A stretch of DNA of 61,528 bases, the filler included. It is 5 parts of 5 records of this genome, joined end to end, with 100 filler letters (N's around TTAATTAATTAA, not from the genome) between each part and the next. Parts side by side here need not be neighbours in the genome. Positions count along the whole stretch, not along the records: positions 30,373 to 48,586 come from SRR2962707_4879; positions 48,687 to 61,528 come from SRR2962707_4880; 3 more parts are not named here. One strand, written 5' to 3'. Below, one piece after another: positions 40,507 to 51,456 of the stretch (within the stretch, counting starts at the first letter, position 1; every line of letters starts with the position of its first letter). Made by a program: the position numbers and the translations under genes. The notes beneath the pieces are model-generated. The model had not been told where the DNA came from. It worked only from the letters and a program-made list of their open reading frames with translations, and did not search any database.

Positions 40507-41516
40507 AGCTGACCCCGTTCGCCTTCGCGGTAAGCACCGGGAGTGACTCCTGTCCACTTCTTGAAGGCGCGGTGAAACGTTGAGGGTTCGGTGAATCCGA
40601 CCCGAAACGCAATGTCATTGATCGGCAGGTCTGGCCGGGACAGGTAATAGATGGCCATGTCCCGGCGTAGTAGGTCCTTGATCTCCTGGAAGGAGGTGTT
40701 TTCCTGCTTCAGCCGTCGGCGAAGAGTCTGGGGGCTGGTGTGAAGCTCTGTGGCAATCCATTCGAAGTCGGGCAGGGATCTCGCAAAATCCCGGCCAATC
40801 AGTGCGCGGATACGTCCGGTGAAGGTGTTGCTCTCGTCCGGGCGCGACAGCAGGTCGGCCGGTGAGGTTTTCAGGAACTGCCGCATTTCCGGCTTGTCGC
40901 GTATCACCGGAGCCTGCAGAAAACGCTTGTCGAACGTCAGGGCGGTTTCACTGGCTTCGAACGACAGTGGGCAATGGAAGATATGCCGGTATTCGTCGCC
41001 ATGGGGCGGCCTGGGGTAACTGAATTCCGCCTTAAGCAGCTCCACCGGTTGCCCGATCAACCAACTGCCAAGACGATGCCAGATGACCAGTATGCTTTCC
41101 CGGAAAAAATGCATCGGGTCGTGGATATCCCCTTCGATCACCGTTACCAGCCGGGTAGTCCTGTCGTCCACTTCCAGTTTCATGGTGACCATGGGCTCGA
41201 ACAGGCGGCAGAATTCAAACGCCTGGCGATAGACCGCCTCGAGATTGGGACAGTCGATAACCAGCGCGCACATGGTGGCGAACGTGCCGGTGCGGCAGCG
41301 TCTCGGGCCCAGGCCCATAAACTCATCGTTCATTGCGTTCCAGGTAGCCTGCATCAGCCGGCTGTACTGGGTGCTGCTCACCCGGGCCATTTCGATCTTC
41401 AGCAGGTCCGGTGAAATTCCGGCCTCGCGCAGCATTGTATGGGTATCAATCCCCGCTCTTTCGGCCCCAACCAATGCGGCTTCCACGAAGTGCCTGGAAA
41501 CGGTGAGTTCCGACAT
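40497..41516 (-). CDS. AraC-family transcriptional regulator
   Basis: SPQTLRRRLKQENTSFQ and IAFRVGFTEPSTFHRAFKKWTGVTPGAYR. Confidence 0.94.
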   Translation of the reverse strand: MSELTVSRHFVEAALVGAERAGIDTHTMLREAGISPDLLKIEMARVSSTQYSRLMQATWNAMNDEFMGLGPRRCRTGTFATMCALVIDCPNLEAVYRQAFEFCRLFEPMVTMKLEVDDRTTRLVTVIEGDIHDPMHFFRESILVIWHRLGSWLIGQPVELLKAEFSYPRPPHGDEYRHIFHCPLSFEASETALTFDKRFLQAPVIRDKPEMRQFLKTSPADLLSRPDESNTFTGRIRALIGRDFARSLPDFEWIATELHTSPQTLRRRLKQENTSFQEIKDLLRRDMAIYYLSRPDLPINDIAFRVGFTEPSTFHRAFKKWTGVTPGAYREGERGQLQD

Positions 41517-41693
41517 ATCATCCTTTATCCTTATTGAACGAAGCCCATCATAAAACCCCTTGGGTACAATGCAACCATCACTCTCGCGCCGCACTGGAAG
41601 AAATGGTCAATTGGAATGATGGAACCGGCAGTTGGCCCCGCGGGGAAAACAGGGCAGCATCAGGGTTGTCCAAAAATAGAGAAGGAGGTTTGC

Positions 41694-42812
41694 ATGCCCG
41701 GCCCACTGAGCAACCTGAAGGTTCTGGATTTCAGTACATTGCTGCCAGGCCCCTACGCTACCATGCTGCTGGCGGATATGGGCGCGGATGTATTGCGGGT
41801 GGAGGCCCCTGGCCGCCTGGACCTGACCCGAGTGATGCCGCCGCTGGAAGATGGCGTCAGTACGTCCCACACCTTCCTCAATCGGGGTAAGCGCTCCCTT
41901 GGGCTGGATTTGAAGCAAGAGGGCAGTGCGGACCTGGTCAAGCAGCTGGTGACAGAGTACGACGTGGTGATTGAACAGTTTCGACCCGGCGTTATGGACC
42001 GGCTTGGGATTGGTTATGAAACCCTCAAGGCCATCAACCCCAATCTTATTTACTGCGCGATTACCGGTTACGGTCAGACTGGCCCCTACAAGGATCGGGC
42101 AGGGCATGATATCAACTACCTTTCACTGGCCGGAGTTTCCAGCCATTGTGGTCGCCGGGAAACCGGGCCACCACCGATGGGTATCCAGGTTGCCGATGTG
42201 GCAGGCGGCTCACACCATGCCGTTATGGGGATACTGGCGGCTGTGATTCACCGCCAGCAAACAGGAGAGGGGCAGTTTATCGATATCAGCATGACCGACG
42301 CCGCCTTTGCCCTCAATACGATGGCCGGTGCTGCAGCCTTGGCGGGAGGGCAGGAACAGAAGCCGGAAAGCTCCATGCTCAACGGCGGCACCTTCTACGA
42401 CTACTACCAGACCAGCGACGGCCGATGGTTGTCTGTGGGTAGCCTGGAGCCCCAGTTTTCCGACCGGCTTTGTGATGCCCTGGGTATCCCCGACATGAAG
42501 AGCTTTGCCTTGAGCCAGAACCCTGAGCACCAGCAGGCCATCCGGGAGGCGTTGAAGTCCAACATTGCACAAAAAACGTTGGCACAATGGCAGGACGTAT
42601 TTGCGAACGTTGATGCGTGCGTGGAGCCGGTGCTGACCATTACCGAGGCAGCCGAACATCCTCAGCTGAAAGCGCGCGGCATGGTTATTGATGTGGCAAA
42701 AGGTAACGGGGGGGGCCAAAAGCAGATTGGCCACCCGATAAAATTCAGTGCAACGCCCTGTGAGAGCCGTTATATCGGCCGGACACTGGGGGCCGACAAC
42801 GGCGATTTCTGA
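41694..42812 (+). CDS. CaiB/BaiF family III CoA transferase (alpha-methylacyl-CoA racemase-like)
   Basis: LPGPYATMLLADMGA, NRGKRS, FRPGVMDRLG, AGHDINY. Confidence 0.93.
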   Translation: MPGPLSNLKVLDFSTLLPGPYATMLLADMGADVLRVEAPGRLDLTRVMPPLEDGVSTSHTFLNRGKRSLGLDLKQEGSADLVKQLVTEYDVVIEQFRPGVMDRLGIGYETLKAINPNLIYCAITGYGQTGPYKDRAGHDINYLSLAGVSSHCGRRETGPPPMGIQVADVAGGSHHAVMGILAAVIHRQQTGEGQFIDISMTDAAFALNTMAGAAALAGGQEQKPESSMLNGGTFYDYYQTSDGRWLSVGSLEPQFSDRLCDALGIPDMKSFALSQNPEHQQAIREALKSNIAQKTLAQWQDVFANVDACVEPVLTITEAAEHPQLKARGMVIDVAKGNGGGQKQIGHPIKFSATPCESRYIGRTLGADNGDF

Positions 42813-42931
42813 GGCGCCCAGACAAAAACTGAATCGTTCGTCAGTCCTTAGCTAAATAACGGGTTGTCTGCTAATTTGTGATAGTGAGTCATCTTTGGCT
42901 TACCCATAACAATCACAATGGACGAATCACT

Positions 42932-45580
42932 ATGAAATCGCTTCGCAAACCTTTCAGGAGCGCAGACAAAAGCGCGTTGAAAGCGGCCGGGGTAGCGCTG
43001 GCCAGCAGCTTTCTGATTGCAGGATGTTTCGACGGAAGCAGTTCTTCTTCCGACTCCGATAGCTCGGTGAACGAACAGCTTTTCCCGGCGGACGGTACAT
43101 TTGAGGCAACTATAAGGAGGACTACGAACGGGGTTCCGCACGTGAAAGCGGACAATCTCGCGTCTGCGGCGTTTGGTGCGGGCTACGCTCAAACTCAGGA
43201 CAACGTATGCCTGCTTGCAGAGGCCATTGTCAAAGCCAGAAGTGAGCGCGCGAAATATTTTGGCCCTGGGCCGGACGACATTAACGTTATCAACGACTTC
43301 AGCTACAAAGCACAGAAGATTCTCAGCGGGGCAGAAGAGGAATATCCCAATCTGAGTGCTGAAACCCGTGCCATGATTGAGGGCTTCGCGGCTGGTTACA
43401 ATCAATACGTGAACGAAACCGCACCAGGAGACTTGCCGAGCGAGTGTCGTGATCAACCCTGGGTGAAGGAAATCACGCCGGTAGACCTGTTCGCTCACTA
43501 TCGCATCGTTGGCCAGTATGCCAGTGGCGCACTGTTTGCCACGGGAGCCGTATTTGTTGCTGTACCCGATGGCGAGTCGCCTCTGCCGACGCCGGTTGCA
43601 AGCGTAACTGGCACTGAGGGCAAAGAACAGGAGAGTGACCTGAAGCGTATGGTGGCGAACGCTCACACAGGCGCCTCAAGCCAGACCGATTTTCAGGACA
43701 TCGGCCTTGGCAGTAATGCGTGGGGCATTGGCGGCGATATGTCGGAGCAGGGCAAGGGTGCTTTGCTGGCCAATCCACATTTCCCCTACACGGGACATCG
43801 TAGGCTTTACCAGGTTCAGTTGACCGTTCCTGGGTATCTGAACACCAACGGCGCAGGTTTGTTGGGGACGGCCATCCCATTGATCAACTTCAATGAGAAT
43901 CTGGCCTGGTCTCATACTGTAACCACCAGTCGTCGGTTCACGCTTTACGAACTCACGCTCAAGGACGGTGACAACTTCACCTACATAAAGGATGGTGAGG
44001 AAAAACCGATCACCTCTGAGACCTATCAGATTGAGGTAAACACTGGAGGGCCGGCACCGTTGGTGCTGGAGAAAACCTTCTACTTCTCTGAATATGGCCC
44101 GATGCTGGCAGCGGACGCTGTCACTGGCGGGGCTCTCCCGGCCTGGGGAGCCAACGGAACGGCATATACCTACCGGGATGCTAATGCCGGTACGGAAAAA
44201 CTGCTGGACACCTGGTTGCAGATGAGCAGAGCATCCAACCTGGATGAATTTCAGGCCGTCTTTGAAAACTGTGGCACAACGTTCTGGACCAACACCACCT
44301 ATGCTGACGATCAGGGTAACGCCTATTACATTGACAGCAGTTCGGTGCCAAATCTCTCGGGTGCCGCGCTTGCGGTGGTGGACTTCAAGCGTTCGGTGAA
44401 TGCCGGGTACAACCAGTTGTTCAATAATGGCTTGACCCTGCTGGATGGCAGTAAGTCCCGTGATGACTGGGTTGAAGGGGAGTGTGACGGTCTCGTACCG
44501 TTCGAGCAGCGTCCCCAGATGGTCCGTACGGATTGGGTTCAGAACTCCAATGACAGCTATTGGTCGACCAACCCGGATCAGTTCCTGACGGGCTTTTCGC
44601 CGCTCTTTGGCTCTGAGGAAACGCCGCTTAACCCGCGGACTCGCATCGGGATCTCAATGCTGAAGAATCCTATGGATGCCGGTTTTGCGGATCGAGCACC
44701 GGCGGGGCAGGATGGAAAGTTCGGGGCTATTGATCTCATCGAAGTGATCTACAACAACCGTACCTGGTACACGGATATGTTCCTGACAGAGCTCAGGTCT
44801 CGATGCACAACGATCGGAGCGACCCCCGTTAACCTGTCCGCCGGAGGTGCACGCACCGTCGATACGGCATGTGACGTGCTGCAGAGCTGGGACGGTGTTT
44901 ACAACACCGACAGTATCGGTGCTCATGTCTTCAGAGTGTTTATCGCCAATTACCGGGATGACTTCGGGACGGACCTGACTGTGCCGTTCGACGCAGCCGA
45001 TCCTGTCGCGACACCGTCAACCCCCTCGGCAGCGAATGCCGGAACCGCTGACGATACGATGTTGATTGCGCTGGCGGATGGTCTGGAAGCGCTTGATTCC
45101 GTCAATATTGCCTACGACTCACCTCTGGGAGACGTTCAGTACTACCAGCCCACAGGTGGTGTTCCACCAGGCGGCGCACCAACAAATCTCGGTAACCCGT
45201 TTCCGTGGCATGGCGGGGATGGCTCCATTGACGGTGCTTTTAACGCTATTGGAGTAGTGACGAGCCAAGTAGCTGAGGACACTGTCTTTCCGCGGATCGC
45301 TCCAGAAGTCATCTCCAATACGGCAGGCCTCTCCGACCAGTCGGGTGAAGGATGGCAGATGGCTAGAGGCACAAGCTGGCACTTCGGTTTGGAGTTTACT
45401 GACCAGGGGCCGGTAGCATACGGGCTGACCAGCTATTCCCAGTCTTCCGATGCGGACTCGACCCACTTCAATGACCAAAGCCTGCGGTATTCTGAAGAGG
45501 ATTATCGCCAGTTCTGGTTTAACGAGGCGGACATCGAGGCCAACCTCTTGGCCAATGGAGAAATAACAATCACCAATTGA
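42932..45580 (+). CDS. Penicillin/AHL acylase family Ntn hydrolase (S45), lipoprotein
   Basis: Lipobox LIAGC; IRRTTNGVPHVKA; GSNAWGIG nucleophile site; LLANPHFP; WSHTV; QNSNDS; YSQS. Confidence 0.9.
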   Translation: MKSLRKPFRSADKSALKAAGVALASSFLIAGCFDGSSSSSDSDSSVNEQLFPADGTFEATIRRTTNGVPHVKADNLASAAFGAGYAQTQDNVCLLAEAIVKARSERAKYFGPGPDDINVINDFSYKAQKILSGAEEEYPNLSAETRAMIEGFAAGYNQYVNETAPGDLPSECRDQPWVKEITPVDLFAHYRIVGQYASGALFATGAVFVAVPDGESPLPTPVASVTGTEGKEQESDLKRMVANAHTGASSQTDFQDIGLGSNAWGIGGDMSEQGKGALLANPHFPYTGHRRLYQVQLTVPGYLNTNGAGLLGTAIPLINFNENLAWSHTVTTSRRFTLYELTLKDGDNFTYIKDGEEKPITSETYQIEVNTGGPAPLVLEKTFYFSEYGPMLAADAVTGGALPAWGANGTAYTYRDANAGTEKLLDTWLQMSRASNLDEFQAVFENCGTTFWTNTTYADDQGNAYYIDSSSVPNLSGAALAVVDFKRSVNAGYNQLFNNGLTLLDGSKSRDDWVEGECDGLVPFEQRPQMVRTDWVQNSNDSYWSTNPDQFLTGFSPLFGSEETPLNPRTRIGISMLKNPMDAGFADRAPAGQDGKFGAIDLIEVIYNNRTWYTDMFLTELRSRCTTIGATPVNLSAGGARTVDTACDVLQSWDGVYNTDSIGAHVFRVFIANYRDDFGTDLTVPFDAADPVATPSTPSAANAGTADDTMLIALADGLEALDSVNIAYDSPLGDVQYYQPTGGVPPGGAPTNLGNPFPWHGGDGSIDGAFNAIGVVTSQVAEDTVFPRIAPEVISNTAGLSDQSGEGWQMARGTSWHFGLEFTDQGPVAYGLTSYSQSSDADSTHFNDQSLRYSEEDYRQFWFNEADIEANLLANGEITITN

Positions 45581-45610
45581 TGGTGATTGCAAAGAAAGGT
45601 AGGTCGTACG

Positions 45611-45646
45611 AGCGCGGGCGGAGTGACTTTGCCCGCGCTTTTTTTG
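45611..45646 (+). terminator. Terminator after the acylase gene
   Basis: AGCGCGGGC...GCCCGCGCTTTTTTT. Confidence 0.75.
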
Positions 45647-45667
45647 CGTCCACAGAAACCAGCAAAC

Positions 45668-45696
45668 AAAAAAGGGGTGGCTTCCGCCACCCCTTC
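45668..45696 (-). terminator. Terminator after the lipase gene
   Basis: AAAAAAGGGGTGGC-TTCC-GCCACCCCTT. Confidence 0.75.
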
Positions 45697-45714
45697 CTAT
45701 ATCGACTGAAGTTC

Positions 45715-48586
45715 TCAGTCTTGTTGTACGATCTCAGTGATATCGGGATCCAGCCCAGCGTCAGGAACAACCGCTGTTCCCATTGCACCTATCACTGTGG
45801 CGGTCTGGGAGACCATCTCCGTGAACACTCTTACATCCAGCTCCCCACCCTGAGGCAGAACAGGAGTGCTGTGAGTACCGGCGAGATAGCGGGTGATAGC
45901 GGCGTTATCCAGCGGAACGGGTGTTCCGCTACCAGTAACGGCCGTTGCTCCGAGAAGCTCGGCAAACGGTTCAGTACCGGACAGATACGCGTCAAAAGCC
46001 TGACCCAAAGGGTTTGCCAGAGGATCATTCGGGATGACCTGATCTCCGTTTACCTGTGACAGCAACACCGCACTACCAGAAGCGTTCAGGCTGGCCGCGA
46101 AGTTAATCGGGTCCGCGGAGTCCAGTGCGGCCTGGAAGACGTTGAAGAACGTTTCCAGGTCTGCGTCACCTTGCTCAAGACCTGCCGCGGCCTGGAGTCC
46201 ACCCAGAATCTCGGGGGCAAAGGCCGGAGAGTTCTCAAGCAATCTGACGATGCCAGCGCCCGGAGTGAGAAGCTGTGCGGCAACGATGTCGTCGTCCGGG
46301 TTGCTGCTTTCATTGGCAACTGCAACAAACGGTGCGCCTACAATGGTACCCAGAGAGTGACCTGTGAAGTAGACGCTACTTGCGTCGAGGTCTGCGCCAG
46401 CGGTGCCATCAAAGTCTAATCCGCCGAGGGAAGCGCGAACGTTCAGCAAGTCCACAATGGCCTGACGGTTTTTGTCACGGGAATTCGTGAAGTTGGTCAG
46501 GTTGATGAACAGGCTTCCAGATTCACCCGAGGTAGCGGTCATTGCCGTTGGCATATTCGCAGCGTTCGCGGTGAAGTCGAAGTGGCGTTCGTTCTCGGTC
46601 TTGGCAATACCGGGAACCGTGGAGCCGGCGTTTGCTACGGTGTTCTCAAACGAGCGCAAAGAACGAATGGCTGCGTCCAGAAGCGGTGCCTGAGCTGCTG
46701 GGGCGCCAAAGTCTTCGGTTGAACCGCCTGCAACAACTGCGGTTACAACAGTACTAGCGGTCGCAGCATCTACGCTGAGTGCCCCGGCCGTAAAGCCTAC
46801 CGCGATCTGACCCGCGATCACTGCATCGATATTGGCTTCTGAGGGTGCCAGAGAGGCAGGTAGTCCACCTTCCTGACCTGAGGTCAATAGCTGCTCGGCC
46901 AAGCCTTCCTGCTCAGCTGTACTGAACGGAGTAACACCATGGAGCGGCTGGTCAATAACGACAACGGCCACCTGAGAGTTATGAGCCAATGCACTACCGA
47001 AGGTTAGCGCAGAGCTTCGGTCGGTCGTAATGCCGTGCATATACATGACGGTTTCCAGCGGTGTGCTGCCATCATAGCCGGCCGGGTAGAAGACCATGAT
47101 CGGGACTGTGACTTCCTGGGTTTCAGCCGGGAATGGGAAACGATAGTTAACAACCTGGCTGACGGTCGGATCCGATTGGGCCAGTGAAACGCCCAGCTGA
47201 TCTCCGGCAGCTGCAGCTAGAGCTGCATTAGCGGTCCAGCTCTGGGTGTTAATGACGGATCCTTCTGCATCAGAGGAGCCGGTTGGTACGGCGAGGTAAT
47301 AGGGTAGGTCGATAGTTCCCTGAACCAGATTCACCTGCCCGAAGTCCACAAACTGGCTGGCCACGGCAGAAACCTGGGTTACGTCTTGCGGAGCGCCGAA
47401 GCTGGCTGTAGAGCTTTGATCACTGGGTGTCGGCAGAAGATTAGCTGTGGTAAAGGCGCCAACGAGTGCATCGGCCTGACCGTCCGCGGTTGCATCTGCG
47501 GCTGCAACGGCATTGTTGCCGATGGTGTTGAGCGCGAAGAAATCGGTTTCGCCTGCTTCGCGGGCGTCAGAGACGGCACCGAAGCGCACCGAGCCAAGGA
47601 TGGTTTCCTTGAAGAAGGCCTTTGGGTCGGCGATGTACTGAAGAACACGCTGATCGTTGGATGTCGTGAAGCTATAAGAGATCGCGATATCGTCTTCAGT
47701 CAGGGCGTTGCCTGGGCGAGCCTGGTTCGGAACGCCGAAGAAGTTGGCAGCGACTTTTTCCCAGAAGCCATCCACGATTCTGCGGACCGGGGCCAACGCG
47801 GTGGGGTTGCCTAGAACTGCGTTAGGATCCGATACGTCTGTATACAGTGGGGATTTGATGATTGGATCGCCATTAACGTCCAATACTTCATTTGTCACTA
47901 CGACGAGGTAGCGCTTGAACGGGTTAAGAGGCTTGGTTGGGTTGATTCGAATGGCTGAGTCGCCGTCCAGAGTCACGACTTCAGCAACGTAATCCGGAGA
48001 TTGCGCGAGGCTTCCCAGATAAGCACCTGCCTGCGCCTGGTCGCGGCCACTCAGGTCCTGAGGCGCAGCGCCGGCGGCAACTTGTGCGGTGATGGCCAAA
48101 GGAATAGTGGGTGATTCACCTGCGCCGAGACCTTGCACGGGGTCGCCGCCTGCGTACTGGAGTTCAATCAGGAAAACGTTCTGGTTCGGGTTTGGAATCA
48201 GGCTGGTTGGATCGGTCGGATCCGCAAAAATAAAGGCCCTTGAATCCACGGAGTCCGCATCAATCTGTCCGTTGAACTGAACCACTGGCGGCGCAACCGT
48301 TGATGCGCCGCTGAGTTGATTTAACGCAGTTGTCACGGGCGGCGAGGAGTCAGCAACGCTAAAGGAGCCATCGGCTTCGCTGATGGTGGTAGCCGGGTTG
48401 TCTGAACGGAATATCAGGTCATTTGGTATGGGAAGGTCACCTGTGACCGGATTGAATAGTGGCCAGGTTTTCCCGTCAAAGTTGGGGTTACTAATCTTAT
48501 AATCGGGATCCGCATTACTGGACCCGGAACCGGCGCTGTCAAAGCAGCCTGTCAGTCCAAGGGAAGAAGCCACGGCAAGACTTATT
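45715..48586 (-). CDS. Large extracellular lipase/phospholipase lipoprotein (Pla-1/VolA-like), start truncated
   Basis: Lipobox LTGC; LPIPNDL; HGIT; IDQPLHG; GHSLG nucleophile elbow. Confidence 0.85.
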
Positions 48587-48686
48587 NNNNNNNNNNNNNN
48601 NNNNNNNNNNNNNNNNNNNNNNNNNNNNNNTTAATTAATTAANNNNNNNNNNNNNNNNNNNNNNNNNNNNNNNNNNNNNNNNNNNN
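48587..48686. other. Artificial contig spacer
   Basis: N44-TTAATTAATTAA-N44. Confidence 0.99.
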
Positions 48687-48740
48687 CCTTCGGCGAGGAT
48701 TTAAAACCATTTGGAAGCCGGGACAGGAGCCCTTTTTGCG

Positions 48741-50045
48741 ATGAACCTGCTTTATGCAAATGACGAAAAAGGTGCTTATCCGCGCAGCTGGTATGCTGCA
48801 ACGGCGACCCCAACCGAGAGTTTCGCACCCCTCAAAGGTGACATAAAGGCAGATGTTTGCGTGGTCGGGGGCGGTTATACCGGCCTGTCTGCAGCGCTGC
48901 ATCTGGCCCAGGCGGGCCGCGATGTCGTTTTGCTTGATGCGCAGCGGGTGGGGTTTGGTGCGTCTGGACGTAACGGCGGCCAGTTAGGCGGTGGCCAGCG
49001 GGTCGAACAGGATGCGTTGGAAAAGATGCTAGGTGTGGATCACGCGCGCAGGCTGTGGGATTTGGGCGAAGATGCAAAAGCGTTGGTCAAAAGCCTGATT
49101 GCCGAGCACGAGATTGACTGCCACCTGAAACCGGGCGTCGCCTGGACGGCATCCTCGGCCGGTGATCTGCGCCATTTGCACGACTATGCCGGCCATCTGC
49201 AAAGCCGCTATGGCTATGAGCAGATTGAGGTGCTGGACCACGACGCCCTGCAGTCGGTATGCCCCTCGCCCGATTACAAGGGCGGTATCCTTGATATGGG
49301 TGCTGCGCATCTGCATCCGCTCAATCTTGCACTGGGGTTGGCACGGGCTGCGCAAAAGGCTGGCGTTCGGATCTACGAAGGTTCTGCCGTTCACCATATC
49401 CAAGAGGGCGCAAAAATTGTTGTTCAAACCGACGGCGGGCGCGTCACAGCGGATCATGCCGTGCTGGCGTGCAATGGGTATATGGGTGGCCTGAACCGCA
49501 AGGTTGCAGCCCGGGTGATGCCGATCAACAACTTTATCGTGGCCACCGAACCCTTGGGCGACCGTATCCGCGATGTGCTGCCCCGCGATGTTGCCGTCGC
49601 CGACAGCCGCTTTGTCGTGAATTACTTTAGGCTTAGCCACGATGGGCGGCTTTTATTTGGCGGTGGTGAAAGCTATGGCTACAAGTTCCCGCGCGACATT
49701 GCCGCCAAGGTGCGTGCGCCCATGTCCGTCGTGTTTCCGCAGCTCAAAGACGTGGCGATAGACTACGCGTGGGGCGGCACCCTTGCCATCACCATGAAAC
49801 GTCTGCCCTATCTTGCCCGCGTCGCATCCAACATCCTGTCGGCATCGGGATACTCCGGCCACGGTGTCGGCACTGCAACCCACGCCGGGCAACTGATGGC
49901 CCGCGCGATTATCGGCGACAGTGACGGGTTTGATGTGATGCGCAGCATCCCCACCAACCCCTTTCCCGGCGGGGCGGCGATGCGCACACCTTTGCTCGCC
50001 CTCGCGATGAGCTGGTACAGCCTGCGCGACAGGCTCGGGGTGTAG
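48741..50045 (+). CDS. FAD-dependent oxidoreductase (PuuB/OrdL-like)
   Basis: DVCVVGGGYTGL, GASGRNGGQ, HLHPL, YAWGG, GYSGHGV. Confidence 0.9.
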   Translation: MNLLYANDEKGAYPRSWYAATATPTESFAPLKGDIKADVCVVGGGYTGLSAALHLAQAGRDVVLLDAQRVGFGASGRNGGQLGGGQRVEQDALEKMLGVDHARRLWDLGEDAKALVKSLIAEHEIDCHLKPGVAWTASSAGDLRHLHDYAGHLQSRYGYEQIEVLDHDALQSVCPSPDYKGGILDMGAAHLHPLNLALGLARAAQKAGVRIYEGSAVHHIQEGAKIVVQTDGGRVTADHAVLACNGYMGGLNRKVAARVMPINNFIVATEPLGDRIRDVLPRDVAVADSRFVVNYFRLSHDGRLLFGGGESYGYKFPRDIAAKVRAPMSVVFPQLKDVAIDYAWGGTLAITMKRLPYLARVASNILSASGYSGHGVGTATHAGQLMARAIIGDSDGFDVMRSIPTNPFPGGAAMRTPLLALAMSWYSLRDRLGV

Positions 50046-50140
50046 TCACAAATATTTAACGTTTCACGCGCCTGAAATAGCTTGGCGATTGCGAAGGCTT
50101 GTTTTACCATTCTGAAAACCAATATTCAGGATTTTGAAAT

Positions 50141-51319
50141 ATGTCCCTGCCAGATATGCACCGCGCCGAAGCGATCCCAGACGCGGCCCGCGCCGAGATT
50201 GAACGGCTTTTGCAAAGCGGCGACCTGTTTCGCTATACGGCTGCCAGCGATGCCCCTGTCTCCCTGCTCGAGGCTGAATTCGCCCAGATGATGGGCAGCC
50301 GCTACGCCCTTGCGGTGTCTTCCTGCTCGGCTGCACTATTCCTGTCGCTCATGGCGCTGGATCTACCAAAAGACGCGCGCGTGTTGATCCCCGGGTTTAC
50401 CTTTGCAGCGGTGCCATCCTCTGTGATCCACGCCAACTGCCAGCCGGTACTATGTGAGGTAGGCGATAACTACCGTATCGATATCAATGACTTCGAGGCC
50501 AAGCTGCCCACCGTTGATGCCGTTATTATCAGCCATATGCGCGGCCATACTTCTGACATGGATGCCATTATGGCCCTGTGTGACGCGGCAAACATCCCTG
50601 TCATCGAAGACGCGGCGCATTCGCTTGGCACGCTTTGGCACGGCAAGAAAATTGGCACGATTGGCAAAATCGGCTGCTTTTCCTTCCAGTCCTACAAGAT
50701 GATCAATGCCGGCGAAGGCGGGATCATGATTACCGACGATGCCGACCTGATCGCCCGCGCAATCATCATGTCTGGTGCCTATGAACATAACTGGAAGAAA
50801 CATCCCAGCATCGCTGACGCCTGTGCGCGCTGGCAAAACAAACTGCCCCTATACAACTTGCGCTTGGGCAACCTGTCCGCCGCGCTCGTACGCCCGCAAT
50901 TGGCTGAACTGCCCCGCCGCGTCGCCGATGGGCTGCGCAACCACGATTATGTCGCCGCCAAACTGAACGCATCGCCGTATATCAATGTCCCTGCCCCACT
51001 GGCCGCAGAAACCCGGGCACCGGATTCGATCCAGTTTAATATGGCAGGGCTAGACGATGAGGCGACCCGCACTTTCGCCGACGCCAGTGCCGCCGCAGGG
51101 GTCAAGGTTCAAGTCTTCGGCCAAAGCACCGACAACGCCCGCGCCTTCTGGAACTGGCAATTTATCGAAAACCTGCCGGACCTGCCGCAAACCCGCAAAA
51201 TGCTGATGACCGCCTGCGATGTGCGCCTGCCCGTACACCTCAAGCTCAGCGATCTTGACGCCGTAATCAACGTTCTTCTTGGCGCTGTTCAAGCCGCCGC
51301 AGGCACCAAGGCTGCTTGA
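50141..51319 (+). CDS. DegT/DnrJ/EryC1/StrS-family PLP aminotransferase
   Basis: TFAAVPS, VIEDAAHSLG, FSFQSYKMINAGEGG. Confidence 0.9.
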   Translation: MSLPDMHRAEAIPDAARAEIERLLQSGDLFRYTAASDAPVSLLEAEFAQMMGSRYALAVSSCSAALFLSLMALDLPKDARVLIPGFTFAAVPSSVIHANCQPVLCEVGDNYRIDINDFEAKLPTVDAVIISHMRGHTSDMDAIMALCDAANIPVIEDAAHSLGTLWHGKKIGTIGKIGCFSFQSYKMINAGEGGIMITDDADLIARAIIMSGAYEHNWKKHPSIADACARWQNKLPLYNLRLGNLSAALVRPQLAELPRRVADGLRNHDYVAAKLNASPYINVPAPLAAETRAPDSIQFNMAGLDDEATRTFADASAAAGVKVQVFGQSTDNARAFWNWQFIENLPDLPQTRKMLMTACDVRLPVHLKLSDLDAVINVLLGAVQAAAGTKAA

Positions 51320-51326
51320 CCCAGCC

Positions 51327-51360
51327 CTTTCATTTTGCCAGATAAACTCCCGCCGGAGGC
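51327..51360 (-). repeat. Dispersed intergenic REP-like element
   Basis: Reverse complement GCCTCCGGCGGGAGTTTATCTGGCAAAATGAAAG; similar to 22394 and 48687. Confidence 0.5.
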
Positions 51361-51456
51361 ATCCGACACATGCGAAAAAGCCCACCCAGTAAACGGGGTG
51401 GGCTCAGGCATCATCTGGATCACATAAAACAATCGCACGTCAGTGCGGCCGCTGGA

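Noticed and set aside
42848-43666. 272-aa minus-strand ORF
   Set aside because: Antisense to the acylase gene.
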